NCBI GenBank assembly: GCA_964578175.1
Contig: CAZOBH010000006.1
Span: 1-54,530, forward strand
DNA length: 54,530 nt
From: an uncultured Clostridium sp.
Lineage (GTDB): Bacteria > Bacillota_I > Bacilli_A > RF39 > UBA660
Reading direction: 5' to 3'
Positions 18,011 to 27,357 of this stretch are shown piece after piece (within the stretch, counting starts at the first letter, position 1; each line of letters starts with the position of its first letter). A program made the translations under genes and the position numbers. The notes under the pieces are model-generated. The model was given only the letters and a program-made list of their open reading frames with translations, did not search any database and had not been told where the DNA came from.

Positions 18011-20338
18011 ATGATTAAAACTAATTTACCTGTACTTTTGATAAGAAACATGGTTCTTTTTCCTAATAGTGAAATTAGACTTGAAATAGATAGTGAAATT
18101 GATAAAAAAATAGTAGCATTATCAGAAGATTATTATAGCAATCAGGTATTAGTTGTTAATCCTAAAGATGTATTTGAAGAAGATCCTGATATAACAGAAC
18201 TTCCTAAAGTTGGTATAGTTGGAAATATTAAAATGAAAATAGATATGCCAAATAATAAGACTAGGATAATAGTTTCTGGTGTTCATAGAGCAATAGTTCA
18301 TACTTATACTAAAGAAGAAGGCATAATTGATGCAGTAGTTAGTAGTGTTGAAGAAGAAGTTCTTAATATGAAAGAAGAACTTGCTTATGCTCGTAGTTTA
18401 GTTAAACATATTGAAGTTTATGTTAAAGAAGTTCCTTATATGTCTAATACAGTTTTATCTCAAATTACTGGTATCACAGATATAAGTCAACTAACAGATA
18501 TAGTTGCTTTATTTTTGCCTATAGATTTAGAAAGAAAATTAGAATATATTTCTGAGTTCTCATCTACTAAAAGAGTTAAAATGATTCTTGATGATATAAA
18601 TAGAGATATGGAAATTATTAAACTTGAAAAAGAAATAGATGATGAAGTTACAAAGAACTTGGATAAAAGTCAAAAAGAGTTTGTACTACGTGAAAAAATT
18701 AGAGTTATTAAAGAAGAACTTGGAGACTTACATGATCATGATTATGAAGTAGATAGGTTAAGAGAAAAAGCTAATAATTTAAAATGCCCTGAAAAGATTA
18801 AAACTAGACTTGATAATGAAATAAATAGATATGAATCATGTAATGTTAATTCACCAGAAATTGGAATCTTAAGTACATATATAGATTGGTTATTAGATTT
18901 ACCTTGGAATAAATTTACTAAAGATGAGACTAATTTAAATAAAGTTAAAGAAAGCCTTGATGAATCACATTATGCATTAGATACAGTTAAAGATAGAATA
19001 ATAGAATTTTTAGCAGTTAAAGAAAAGAAAAATAGTTTAAGAAGTCCAATTATTTGTTTAGTTGGTCCCCCAGGAGTTGGTAAAACAACACTTGCTCAAA
19101 GTATAGCTAATAGCTTAAATCGTAAATCAACAAAGATCTCTGTTGGTGGAGTTAATGATGAAGCAGAGATAGTTGGACATAGAAGGACATATGTTGGGGC
19201 AGCACCTGGATTAATTATTCAAGGAATGAAAAAAGCTGGAACATCTAATCCTGTATTTATAATTGATGAAATAGATAAAATGACAAAAGATATTAAAGGA
19301 GATCCAGCTAGTGCTCTTCTTGAAGTATTAGATAAAGAACAAAATCAAAGGTTCCAAGATCATTATATAGAAGAAGAATTTGATTTATCATCAGTTATGT
19401 TTATAGCAACTGCAAATTATATAGATCAAATTCCAACTGAATTAAGAGATAGATTAGAGATAGTAGAATTATCTAGTTATACTGAATATGAAAAGTTAGA
19501 TATAGCTAAAATATATTTAGTTCCTAATCAATTAGAAGAACATGGAGTAGATGATAAGAAAATTAAATTTGAAGAAGAAGCAATACTTTCAATTATTAGA
19601 AATTATACTAAAGAAAGTGGAGTAAGAGAATTAGAAAGATTAATAGCAACTATTATTAGAAAAATTGTTAAAGAGATAGTTGTAGATAAATCTAAAAAAG
19701 ATTATGTAATTACATCTACTAATTTAAAAGAATATTTAGGTAATCAAAAATATTTCTATCATGATAAAGATGATGATGGACATGTCGGAGTAGTTAATGG
19801 ACTTTGTTATACAGAGTTTGGTGGAGATATATTACCTATTGAAACTACTATGTATCAAGGAAAAGGAGAATTAATTCTTACAGGTTCCTTAGGTGATGTT
19901 ATGAAAGAATCTGCTCAAATTGCTTTTAGTTATATTAAAGCAAATTGTGATTTATTTAATCTTGATATAAATGAAATTGAAAATAAAAATATTCATATTC
20001 ATGTACCTGAAGGTAGTGTTCCAAAAGAAGGACCTAGTGCAGGGACTGCTTTAACAACAGCTATGTTAAGTTTATTTAGGAATATGAAAATACCTAGTAA
20101 TATAGCAATGACTGGAGAAATGACTTTGAGAGGAAGAATACTTCCAATTGGTGGTCTAAAAGAAAAAGTAATAGGTGCACATAGAGCAAACGTTAAAACA
20201 ATATTTTTACCTAAAGAAAATGAAAGAGACTTAGAAGAAATACCTGAAGATATTAAAAATGAAATAAAATTTATCTTTGTAGAAAGATATGGAGAAATTT
20301 ACAAGGAATTAAATAAGAATAAGAAAAATAAAAAATAA
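18011..20338 (+). CDS. lon: ATP-dependent protease La
   Basis: LON N-domain, GPPGVGKT, IDEIDK, GPSAG catalytic Ser and GGLKEK; TTGCAA-17-TATAAT at 17951-17979. Confidence 0.97.
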   Translation: MIKTNLPVLLIRNMVLFPNSEIRLEIDSEIDKKIVALSEDYYSNQVLVVNPKDVFEEDPDITELPKVGIVGNIKMKIDMPNNKTRIIVSGVHRAIVHTYTKEEGIIDAVVSSVEEEVLNMKEELAYARSLVKHIEVYVKEVPYMSNTVLSQITGITDISQLTDIVALFLPIDLERKLEYISEFSSTKRVKMILDDINRDMEIIKLEKEIDDEVTKNLDKSQKEFVLREKIRVIKEELGDLHDHDYEVDRLREKANNLKCPEKIKTRLDNEINRYESCNVNSPEIGILSTYIDWLLDLPWNKFTKDETNLNKVKESLDESHYALDTVKDRIIEFLAVKEKKNSLRSPIICLVGPPGVGKTTLAQSIANSLNRKSTKISVGGVNDEAEIVGHRRTYVGAAPGLIIQGMKKAGTSNPVFIIDEIDKMTKDIKGDPASALLEVLDKEQNQRFQDHYIEEEFDLSSVMFIATANYIDQIPTELRDRLEIVELSSYTEYEKLDIAKIYLVPNQLEEHGVDDKKIKFEEEAILSIIRNYTKESGVRELERLIATIIRKIVKEIVVDKSKKDYVITSTNLKEYLGNQKYFYHDKDDDGHVGVVNGLCYTEFGGDILPIETTMYQGKGELILTGSLGDVMKESAQIAFSYIKANCDLFNLDINEIENKNIHIHVPEGSVPKEGPSAGTALTTAMLSLFRNMKIPSNIAMTGEMTLRGRILPIGGLKEKVIGAHRANVKTIFLPKENERDLEEIPEDIKNEIKFIFVERYGEIYKELNKNKKNKK

Positions 20339-20351
20339 GGAGGAATAAAAA

Positions 20352-21074
20352 ATGGATAGAGTAAGAGAAAAAAGAGAAATTAAGGACTTTTTGGAAGTTC
20401 AAAGAGATATGTTTATATTAGATGAGGAGGAATTAACTGAAAAATATGTTCCTGATATACATCAATATAAAAAGTTTTTAAGTGGAGTTAAAAGAACACT
20501 TGGTCCAATGTCATATAATTATTACTTAGATTATTCTAGAGGAGATAAAATACACAGTGTAGTAGTAAGAGGTGCAGATGCCCATGAGGAGAGTATTCCA
20601 TTAATATATCCAAATGGAGAAATAGTAGAAGATTTATCAATAGTTCTAGGTTATTATGATCTTGAAAGAAAAGATAGAAAGTATAATTACGATCTTAGAG
20701 AAGATGCTATGGGAACTTATGAATATACACTAAATTGTAGATATAATATTCCTGGTAGATCTTTTAAAGATATGCTTATAGATATGCCAGAACAATTTGA
20801 AAGAGTTTTAAGTACTTCTAGTGTTACTAAAATAGATGCTAAATATGCATCTGCAGTTGCTTATTTATTTGGAACTTTTCCTGAATTTATGAGTAGTTTA
20901 GATAACTGTGATACAATTATAGATTCTATTTCTAAAACTAATGTTAGAGATTCTCGTACTGGAGATTTTAAAGAAGATAGAATGTTTAGAAGGACAGCTA
21001 AGAGAGCAAGAAGTGCAGTAGAAAATTATACTAAACAATTAGAAAAAGGTACAGCTAAAAAAATTGAAAAATAA
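20352..21074 (+). CDS. Hypothetical protein (orphan)
   Basis: AGGAGG RBS; 240 aa; no motif recognised. Confidence 0.7.
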   Translation: MDRVREKREIKDFLEVQRDMFILDEEELTEKYVPDIHQYKKFLSGVKRTLGPMSYNYYLDYSRGDKIHSVVVRGADAHEESIPLIYPNGEIVEDLSIVLGYYDLERKDRKYNYDLREDAMGTYEYTLNCRYNIPGRSFKDMLIDMPEQFERVLSTSSVTKIDAKYASAVAYLFGTFPEFMSSLDNCDTIIDSISKTNVRDSRTGDFKEDRMFRRTAKRARSAVENYTKQLEKGTAKKIEK

Positions 21075-21119
21075 TTAATATAATGATAATATTAAATAGT
21101 CATAAATAGAGGTGAGTAT

Positions 21120-21923
21120 ATGTTATCAGTTATTATATTAGGATTTATTCAAGGAATTGCAGAATTTTTGCCTATTTCATCATCAGCTCATTTAATTATT
21201 TTTAGAGATGTTTTTGGAATTGGATCTAGTCTTATTACAGAAGAAATATCTATGTCTTTTGATATAGCATTACATTTAGGTACTTTAGGAGCAATAGGTA
21301 TATATTTCTTTAAAGATTTTTGGAATATGATTATAAAAGGATTAAGTAAACCAAAATCTAAAGATGGAAAATTATTCTGGTATGTAGTTGTTGGTACAAT
21401 TCCAGCAGCTATATTTGGAGTTTTATTTGAAGATGTAATAGAAAACTTTTTTAGAAAACAATATATATTAATAGCTATTGCTTTAATAGTAATGGGTATA
21501 ATTATATTTGTATTAGATAAGACTAATAAACAAGAAAAAGATGTCAAAGAGATGAGTTTAAAAGATGCTATTATAATAGGTTGTAGTCAAGTATTTGCAT
21601 TAGTTCCAGGTTTTTCTAGAAGTGGTACGACTATTGCTGCTGCAAGAGCTTTAAAATTAAAAAGAGAAGATGCTGCTAAATTTTCATTTTATTTATCAGC
21701 ACCTGTAGTTTTAGGATCAGTTGTATTATTTCTTTTGAAAGAAGATTTAAATGTAATTAAAGCTCACCTAGATATATTTATAATGGGAGTATTAATCTCG
21801 TTTACAGTAGGACTTTTATGTATTAAATACTTCTTAAAGTATTTACGTAAGAATGATTTTGAAATATTTATGTTCTATCGTATTATACTTGGTGTAATTG
21901 TAATATTATGTGTGGTATTTTAA
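21120..21923 (+). CDS. uppP: Undecaprenyl-diphosphate phosphatase (BacA family)
   Basis: QGIAEFLPISSSAH, HLGT and PGFSRSGTT. Confidence 0.95.
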   Translation: MLSVIILGFIQGIAEFLPISSSAHLIIFRDVFGIGSSLITEEISMSFDIALHLGTLGAIGIYFFKDFWNMIIKGLSKPKSKDGKLFWYVVVGTIPAAIFGVLFEDVIENFFRKQYILIAIALIVMGIIIFVLDKTNKQEKDVKEMSLKDAIIIGCSQVFALVPGFSRSGTTIAAARALKLKREDAAKFSFYLSAPVVLGSVVLFLLKEDLNVIKAHLDIFIMGVLISFTVGLLCIKYFLKYLRKNDFEIFMFYRIILGVIVILCVVF

Positions 21924-22208
21924 AATATCACCTTTTTTTATGTCTTTAACAAAGTTATTAGGATATTCAAAAGTATAATAAACTTTTTTCTTAGGTAGTA
22001 TGATTCTATTCTTTTTCATATTTTTTTTAATATATAGCACTTTAAGATTTTTATCAGTCATTACAACATCTATTTCTTCTTTCATAAAAAAGGTATGAAT
22101 ACTATTACATTTTGGAAATACCAAACAATAATCTATATTCTTTTTACCCATTAATCCAATAAATCTATCTTTAAAAGATATAGCTTCAACATAATTTATT
22201 TTATTCAT
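21906..22208 (-). CDS. DUF192 family protein
   Basis: A.SFKDRFIGLM, IHTFFMKEEIDVV and ...E(Y)P are typical; divergent from an Flp pilin. Confidence 0.8.
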   Translation of the reverse strand: MNKINYVEAISFKDRFIGLMGKKNIDYCLVFPKCNSIHTFFMKEEIDVVMTDKNLKVLYIKKNMKKNRIILPKKKVYYTFEYPNNFVKDIKKGDILKYHT

Positions 22209-22240
22209 ACTATCACCATTATTTTTAATATATCATATTA

Positions 22241-22269
22241 TTGACAAAAAAAACTCTTCATTATAAAAT
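22241..22269 (+). promoter_or_regulatory. Sigma-A promoter for the Flp pilin
   Basis: TTGACA-17-TAAAAT. Confidence 0.6.
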
Positions 22270-22286
22270 TATATTGATTAAAGGGT

Positions 22287-22496
22287 ATGGTGGTAAAAGT
22301 GAAAAAAGTAGAGAATAATAAAGGACAAGCATTAGTAGAATATGTTCTTATTATCGCCCTTATTTCGGTTATTGTTATTGGTGTAATAAATACATTTGGT
22401 GGTTATATAAAAGATAGTATAACAAAAACTTCTTGTTCTATAGCTGATAAAAATTATGTAGAAGGAGAAGAACCAGGAGATGGTTATTGTAAATAG
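22287..22496 (+). CDS. Flp/Fap family (Tad-type) pilin
   Basis: KG|QALVEYVLIIALISVIVIG cleavage site and EY motif, then a short tail with two Cys. Confidence 0.8.
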   Translation: MVVKVKKVENNKGQALVEYVLIIALISVIVIGVINTFGGYIKDSITKTSCSIADKNYVEGEEPGDGYCK

Positions 22497-22589
22497 TGCT
22501 TAGGCACTTTTTTTGTTAACAAAAATATATTGACAACCTGTAATGCTTGTGATAATATTTAACATGAATTTGAAGAAAGGAGTGAGAAT

Positions 22590-22667
22590 ATGATTTTTGA
22601 TGTATTATATAATTTGTTTTTAGATATGAGTAAAATGACGAAGCGAGAGTATTCTCACTTAGTTTAA
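22590..22667 (+). CDS. Putative leader peptide (MIFDVLYNLFLDMSKMTKREYSHLV)
   Basis: AAAGGAG RBS; TTGACA at 22530; lies in the 5' UTR of an ABC exporter and is followed by a terminator-like hairpin. Confidence 0.6.
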   Translation: MIFDVLYNLFLDMSKMTKREYSHLV

Positions 22668-22683
22668 CTATTTTTTGTAAGTT

Positions 22684-22708
22684 AAAAGTCATTTTATATG
22701 GCTTTTTT
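22684..22708 (+). terminator. Terminator-like hairpin in the ABC transporter leader
   Basis: AAAAGTCAT-TTTAT-ATGGCTTTT-TT; the 5' arm is complementary to 22631-22639. Confidence 0.5.
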
Positions 22709-22733
22709 ATATTTTAGAAAGGAAGATGATTTT

Positions 22734-24470
22734 ATGGAGAAATTAAAAAACTTTAAGTTATTATTTCACTATTTAAGAAATGATAAATTAAAAGTATTTA
22801 TATACGTAATATTAGTTTTAATGTCTTATCTACCAGCTTTAATTTCTGCATATTTCTGGGGTAAAGCATTAGAATTCTTATTATTAAAAGATGCAACTAA
22901 ATTCCTTTTATATTTAATAATTTGGGAAGGAATATATATTTTTTGTTATTCAATTTTACAAGTACCTAGAGATAAAATATATAATTATCTAGAACTCAAA
23001 TTCATGAGAGAAGTATCAAATGATTTATATAAGAAAATTGATAACTTACCAGCTATAGCGTTTGAAGATATTGGTGTAGGTGAGTTTATTAATAGATTGT
23101 ATAATGATATTGATAGAGTAATGTCTTTATTAAATAGTATGATTAGACTTATATGTAAGTCCTTTGTACTAGTAGTAGTTATTGTTTTAGCGTTTAAAGT
23201 ATCCCTATTAATTGGAATAGAAATAATTATATTTGGTGTAGTAATGGGATTTATTTCTGCTAAATTCTTTCCAAAGATTAAAAAGACTCAAGAAAATATT
23301 AAAAAAGAAACAGATGGATATGTTAAAAGAGCAACTGAAAATATTACAGGTATAAGAGAAATTAAAGCTCTTGGAATTAAAGAAAATGTTGAAAAAGATA
23401 TAGACAATACTTTAGATAGAATGTTTAAGCATTCTAAAGATATAAGAAATTACCAAGTTATTTATTATGCTTTAAATAATTTAACTTATTTTATCTTACA
23501 ATTTATAATTCTATATTCAGTAGGAGTTTTCTTTATAAGAGGTCAAATAGTTTATGCTGTATTTATGATGTTTGAAACATATATTTGGAGAATAGATGAG
23601 GTAGTTGAATCTTTATCAGACTTTGGAGTTAACTTTAATAAAGTATCTGTTTCATTAAAAAGAATTGATGAAATTGTTAATAATAGACTTTATGAAGATG
23701 AAAAATTTGGTGATATTGAATTAAAAGACTGTAAGGGAATTATTGAATTTAAAGATATTCATTTCAAATATAGAGAAGATGAAGAAAATACTTTAAATGG
23801 ATTAAGTCTTAAAATAGAACCAAATAAAAAGACTGCAATAGTAGGTAAATCTGGTAATGGTAAATCAACAATATTTAATCTATTATTAAGATTCTTTGAT
23901 GTACATGAAGGAAGTTTAACTATAGATGGAATAGATATTAAAGATTTAACTGAAGAGTCTCTTCGTAAGAATATTTCAATTATAAGACAAGCACCATTCT
24001 TATTTAATTTATCCATATTTGATAATTTTAAATTTGTTAAAGAAGATGTAACATTAGAAGAAGTAAAAGAAGTTTGTAAAAAAGCTTATATAGATGAGTA
24101 TATAGAAAGCTTACCTCATAAATATGATACGATAATTGGTGAGGGTGGAGTAAACTTATCTGGCGGACAAAAGCAAAGAATTGCGATTGCTAGAACTTTA
24201 CTTTTAGATACTAAGATAATTCTATTCGATGAAGCAACAAGTGCACTTGATAATGAATCACAAGAATATATTAAGAAAACAATTGATTCATTAGTTAAAG
24301 ATCACACTATAATAATAGTTGCACATAGATTATCAACAATTATAGATGCAGACATTATAAATGTCATCGATAAAGGTAAGTGTAGTGCAAGTGGCACTCA
24401 TAAGAAATTGATGAAAGAATCTAAGACATATCAAAAATTATATTTATCAGAAAATTCAGATTCAGAATAA
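22734..24470 (+). CDS. ABC exporter, fused permease and ATPase (MsbA/multidrug type)
   Basis: N-terminal TM domain; GKSGNGKST, LSGGQKQR, DEATS and AHRLST; ATG 22734 follows GGAAG. Confidence 0.93.
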   Translation: MEKLKNFKLLFHYLRNDKLKVFIYVILVLMSYLPALISAYFWGKALEFLLLKDATKFLLYLIIWEGIYIFCYSILQVPRDKIYNYLELKFMREVSNDLYKKIDNLPAIAFEDIGVGEFINRLYNDIDRVMSLLNSMIRLICKSFVLVVVIVLAFKVSLLIGIEIIIFGVVMGFISAKFFPKIKKTQENIKKETDGYVKRATENITGIREIKALGIKENVEKDIDNTLDRMFKHSKDIRNYQVIYYALNNLTYFILQFIILYSVGVFFIRGQIVYAVFMMFETYIWRIDEVVESLSDFGVNFNKVSVSLKRIDEIVNNRLYEDEKFGDIELKDCKGIIEFKDIHFKYREDEENTLNGLSLKIEPNKKTAIVGKSGNGKSTIFNLLLRFFDVHEGSLTIDGIDIKDLTEESLRKNISIIRQAPFLFNLSIFDNFKFVKEDVTLEEVKEVCKKAYIDEYIESLPHKYDTIIGEGGVNLSGGQKQRIAIARTLLLDTKIILFDEATSALDNESQEYIKKTIDSLVKDHTIIIVAHRLSTIIDADIINVIDKGKCSASGTHKKLMKESKTYQKLYLSENSDSE

Positions 24471-24479
24471 TAAAAGGAC

Positions 24480-24507
24480 TTGAAAACTTTATAAATTATG
24501 TTATAAT
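24480..24507 (+). promoter_or_regulatory. tRNA operon promoter
   Basis: TTGAAA-16-TATAAT with TG extension. Confidence 0.6.
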
Positions 24508-24531
24508 TTAAAAGTAATCAAGTTTTTTTAT

Positions 24532-24607
24532 GACTCCTTAGCTCAGTTGGTAGAGCAACTGACTCTTAATCAGTGGGTCTAGGGTTCGAATCCCTAAGGG
24601 GTCACCA
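24532..24607 (+). tRNA. tRNA-Lys(CTT)
   Basis: Cloverleaf GACTCCT...AGGGGTC-A-CCA; anticodon arm ACTGA-CT-CTT-AA-TCAGT; GTTCGAAT. Confidence 0.95.
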
Positions 24608-24640
24608 TTTTATAGTGATAAACGCGTAGCGTTTTGATAT

Positions 24641-24731
24641 GGAGACATACTCAAGAGGCTGAAGAGGCGCCCCTGCTAAGGGTGTAGATCGGGTAACCGG
24701 TGCGAGAGTTCAAATCTCTCTGTCTCCGCCA
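24641..24731 (+). tRNA. tRNA-Ser(GCT)
   Basis: GGAGACA...TGTCTCC-G-CCA; anticodon CT-GCT-AA; long variable arm; GTTCAAAT. Confidence 0.95.
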
Positions 24732-24741
24732 TTTTAAAAAT

Positions 24742-24765
24742 AAGACCAATTGATGGTCTTTTTTT
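24742..24765 (+). terminator. Terminator after the tRNA pair
   Basis: AAGACCA-ATTGA-TGGTCTT plus T-run. Confidence 0.75.
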
Positions 24766-24771
24766 GTTTTA

Positions 24772-24820
24772 AAGAATTTGCCTCAGATAAAAGATATCAA
24801 AAACCAACAGAACTAATGTA
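24772..24820 (+). repeat. Intergenic 49-bp fragment of the pilin-like genes
   Basis: 46/49 identical to 27548-27596 and 30187-30235, including 38 contiguous identical bases (24783-24820). Confidence 0.9.
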
Positions 24821-24899
24821 GATGTTAAATATCTAAATTTTTTATAAAAAAATAATTTTTTTTAAATGAATTATGTTATTATTGATAATAGGTGATAGT

Positions 24900-25937
24900 A
24901 TGAGTACATCTTATATAATTGCTCAAGTCTTTGGTATATGTGCATGGTTCTTCTTTTTACTTAGTTATCATGCTAAAAGAGAAAATAAAGCAATTGGATT
25001 TCACATCATATCAAGTTTGTTTTATATCGTTAACTATTTTATACTTGACGCTACAGCTGGATTTTTAATTAGTGCATTTGAACTTGTAAAAGATGTTGGT
25101 TATTATAAAACAGATAAAGATAAATATATTTATTTATTCAGTCTTCCAGTTTATGTTTTTATTGGACTTTATGCTGGTAATAATTTATTTATTTTGGTTC
25201 CGATTATTGCAAGTCTTATTGATGGATATGTTGCTTTGAAAGATAAAAAGACTATGGTAATAGGTGGAATAATATCTAATTCAATATGGATCATATATGA
25301 TTTTGCATTTGCTAACTATTCAGCATGTTTTTCTGATGTATTCTTAGTTTTATCTAATGCAACAATATTATTATATGGATTTAGTAAGTATTATCATCGA
25401 AATTATGTATATGCAACTCGTGTACAATATATATCTAAAAGTACATTTAGAAGAATATCAAAACTTGATAAACAATTACTTGATAAACAATATGTATGGG
25501 TACTTGATGATATTGTAAATATTTATAATAAAGAAAAAAGAAGTTATATACTTATAAAATATAAAAATGTAGTTATTGGTTATGTAAATCTTTTAAGTCT
25601 TACTAAAGAATATTATGATGAATTAATTAATTCTAATACAATGTATAAAAATATAGATATAGATAGAATTAAAAGTTTTAAAAAGAATGAAAACCTACAT
25701 TTAATTATGAATAGTATTATTCTAAAAAATGAATATCAAAATAAAGATTCAATTAATAAAATATCTAATTCTATTGATAAATTTGTAAGAAAAATGAAAA
25801 AAGATGGTTATCATATTAAAGAGATATCAATGTTTGCGATAACTCCATTTGAAAATAAAGTAGCTATAGCTAATGATTTTGTTAAAGAAAGAGATATTAC
25901 TAACGAATGTATATTATATAAAAAGACAATTAAATAA
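24900..25937 (+). CDS. YgjV-like membrane domain fused to a soluble GNAT-like domain
   Basis: About six TM helices starting IIAQVFGICAWFFFLLSY with a W..YD motif; C-terminal ILIKYKNVVIGYVNLL GNAT-like strand; AGGTGA before ATG 24900. Confidence 0.6.
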   Translation: MSTSYIIAQVFGICAWFFFLLSYHAKRENKAIGFHIISSLFYIVNYFILDATAGFLISAFELVKDVGYYKTDKDKYIYLFSLPVYVFIGLYAGNNLFILVPIIASLIDGYVALKDKKTMVIGGIISNSIWIIYDFAFANYSACFSDVFLVLSNATILLYGFSKYYHRNYVYATRVQYISKSTFRRISKLDKQLLDKQYVWVLDDIVNIYNKEKRSYILIKYKNVVIGYVNLLSLTKEYYDELINSNTMYKNIDIDRIKSFKKNENLHLIMNSIILKNEYQNKDSINKISNSIDKFVRKMKKDGYHIKEISMFAITPFENKVAIANDFVKERDITNECILYKKTIK

Positions 25938-25971
25938 ATTTGTGATATAATGAAATAGAATAGGTGATTAT

Positions 25972-26493
25972 ATGAAGATTAAATCAAATCTTTCAGGTAA
26001 TTTTATGTCTATTTATAGTGAAGCAAAAGGGGTTGCTAGAAATAAAAAGTATATATTAAAGAATAAGAAAGTTTTTTCTATTAACTATTTTTTAGAACTA
26101 GCACTTAGATACATTATTTCTCTATATATAGAATTTTATTATCTAGATTATACGAGTGGAACAATTCAAATAGTATTTTTATTCTTGATACTATATACTT
26201 TGGTATTTATTATATTGGATATATTTAGATTAACTTTTATGTTTGAAAATATATGTAAAAAAGAATTTGTAACAAGTATAACAGTTACTGATAAAGGTAT
26301 AATAGATGAATCATTTTATGGAATAAAAATGTTATTTAAATGGAATAAAATTAAAGCAGTAGTTGTTAAAAATAAAAGTGTTGTTATACTTACTGATACT
26401 CCTTGTTATTTTTATTTCAGTAGTAGAGATGAAAAAAATATTATTAAGAAGTTAAAAGAATATAATAAAAATATTTTAGTAATTAGAAAATAA
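25972..26493 (+). CDS. Membrane protein with a YcxB-like C-terminal domain
   Basis: Two TM helices, then ITVTDKGII...KWNKIKAV pattern. Confidence 0.55.
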   Translation: MKIKSNLSGNFMSIYSEAKGVARNKKYILKNKKVFSINYFLELALRYIISLYIEFYYLDYTSGTIQIVFLFLILYTLVFIILDIFRLTFMFENICKKEFVTSITVTDKGIIDESFYGIKMLFKWNKIKAVVVKNKSVVILTDTPCYFYFSSRDEKNIIKKLKEYNKNILVIRK

Positions 26494-26550
26494 GGATAAC
26501 TAACTAGTTATTCTTTTTATTTTAAGTTATAATTAAAAAGAAGTGATATT

Positions 26551-27285
26551 ATGAAGAAATTTATTAAATTATTATTGATGATAATTGTTATTAGTATACC
26601 TATAGTTAACGCTAAGTCTTTTAAAAGTTGTGATGATAAAGTAGAATTTAATACTCCAGACGGATGGTATACTTTTACTAGAGAGAATTATAAAGGAAAT
26701 GATTCTTTAATTCATAGTGGAAGAAGTGAAAGTGAAATAACTAAGTTGTTTGAAACAAATAATGTTTATTTGTATTCATTTACTAGTAATAGTAAAAAAG
26801 AGTTTTTAATAAAAAGAATAGAATATCAAAATAAAGATTTTAATCAAATGACAGAAGATGAATTAACTAGAATAGAAGATAAATTTGTAGATGGACTTGA
26901 TATAAATGAACATGAAAAATATGAAAAAGATAATTATATATTTATTAGATTAGAATTTAATAATAGTCAAAATAATAAAAATTTTTTTGTAGATGAATAC
27001 TTAATAGCTGTTGATAATTATTTATATTCTTTTATACTTCAAAGTACAGAAGAATTATCTGCAAGTGATAAAGTAGATTTTAAATCTAGAATTGATAGTT
27101 TAAATATAGATGGTATAAAAGATATAGCTATAGAAGAAGAACAAACTGTTTCTAATGAAGAAAATGAAGTAGTAATTGAGAATGAAGATAATTCATTAAA
27201 AATTATTATAATATTAATAGGAGTTGTCATAGTAATACTATCAATAATATTCCTTGCAATTTTACTTAAAGAAAGAAAAAAATAA
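26551..27285 (+). CDS. Hypothetical exported protein with a C-terminal membrane anchor
   Basis: Signal peptide MKKFIKLLLMIIVISIPIVNA; C-terminal hydrophobic helix and basic tail. Confidence 0.75.
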   Translation: MKKFIKLLLMIIVISIPIVNAKSFKSCDDKVEFNTPDGWYTFTRENYKGNDSLIHSGRSESEITKLFETNNVYLYSFTSNSKKEFLIKRIEYQNKDFNQMTEDELTRIEDKFVDGLDINEHEKYEKDNYIFIRLEFNNSQNNKNFFVDEYLIAVDNYLYSFILQSTEELSASDKVDFKSRIDSLNIDGIKDIAIEEEQTVSNEENEVVIENEDNSLKIIIILIGVVIVILSIIFLAILLKERKK

Positions 27286-27357
27286 TAATAATTATTTTAC
27301 AAGTAGATGATGAATCTACTTTTTTTTGTTTAAAAATTTATGTTATAATGACAATTG

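Noticed and set aside
20030-20045. Lon motif PKEGPSAG instead of PKDGPSAG
   Set aside because: Conservative change; the catalytic Ser and Lys are intact.
24532-24731. tRNA-targeted integrative element
   Set aside because: No duplicated tRNA 3' end and no integrase found downstream of tRNA-Lys/Ser or tRNA-Arg.
24783-24820. Orphan CRISPR spacer (38 nt, self-matching)
   Set aside because: No flanking direct repeats or cas genes, and homology extends in frame beyond the 38 nt, as expected for a gene remnant.
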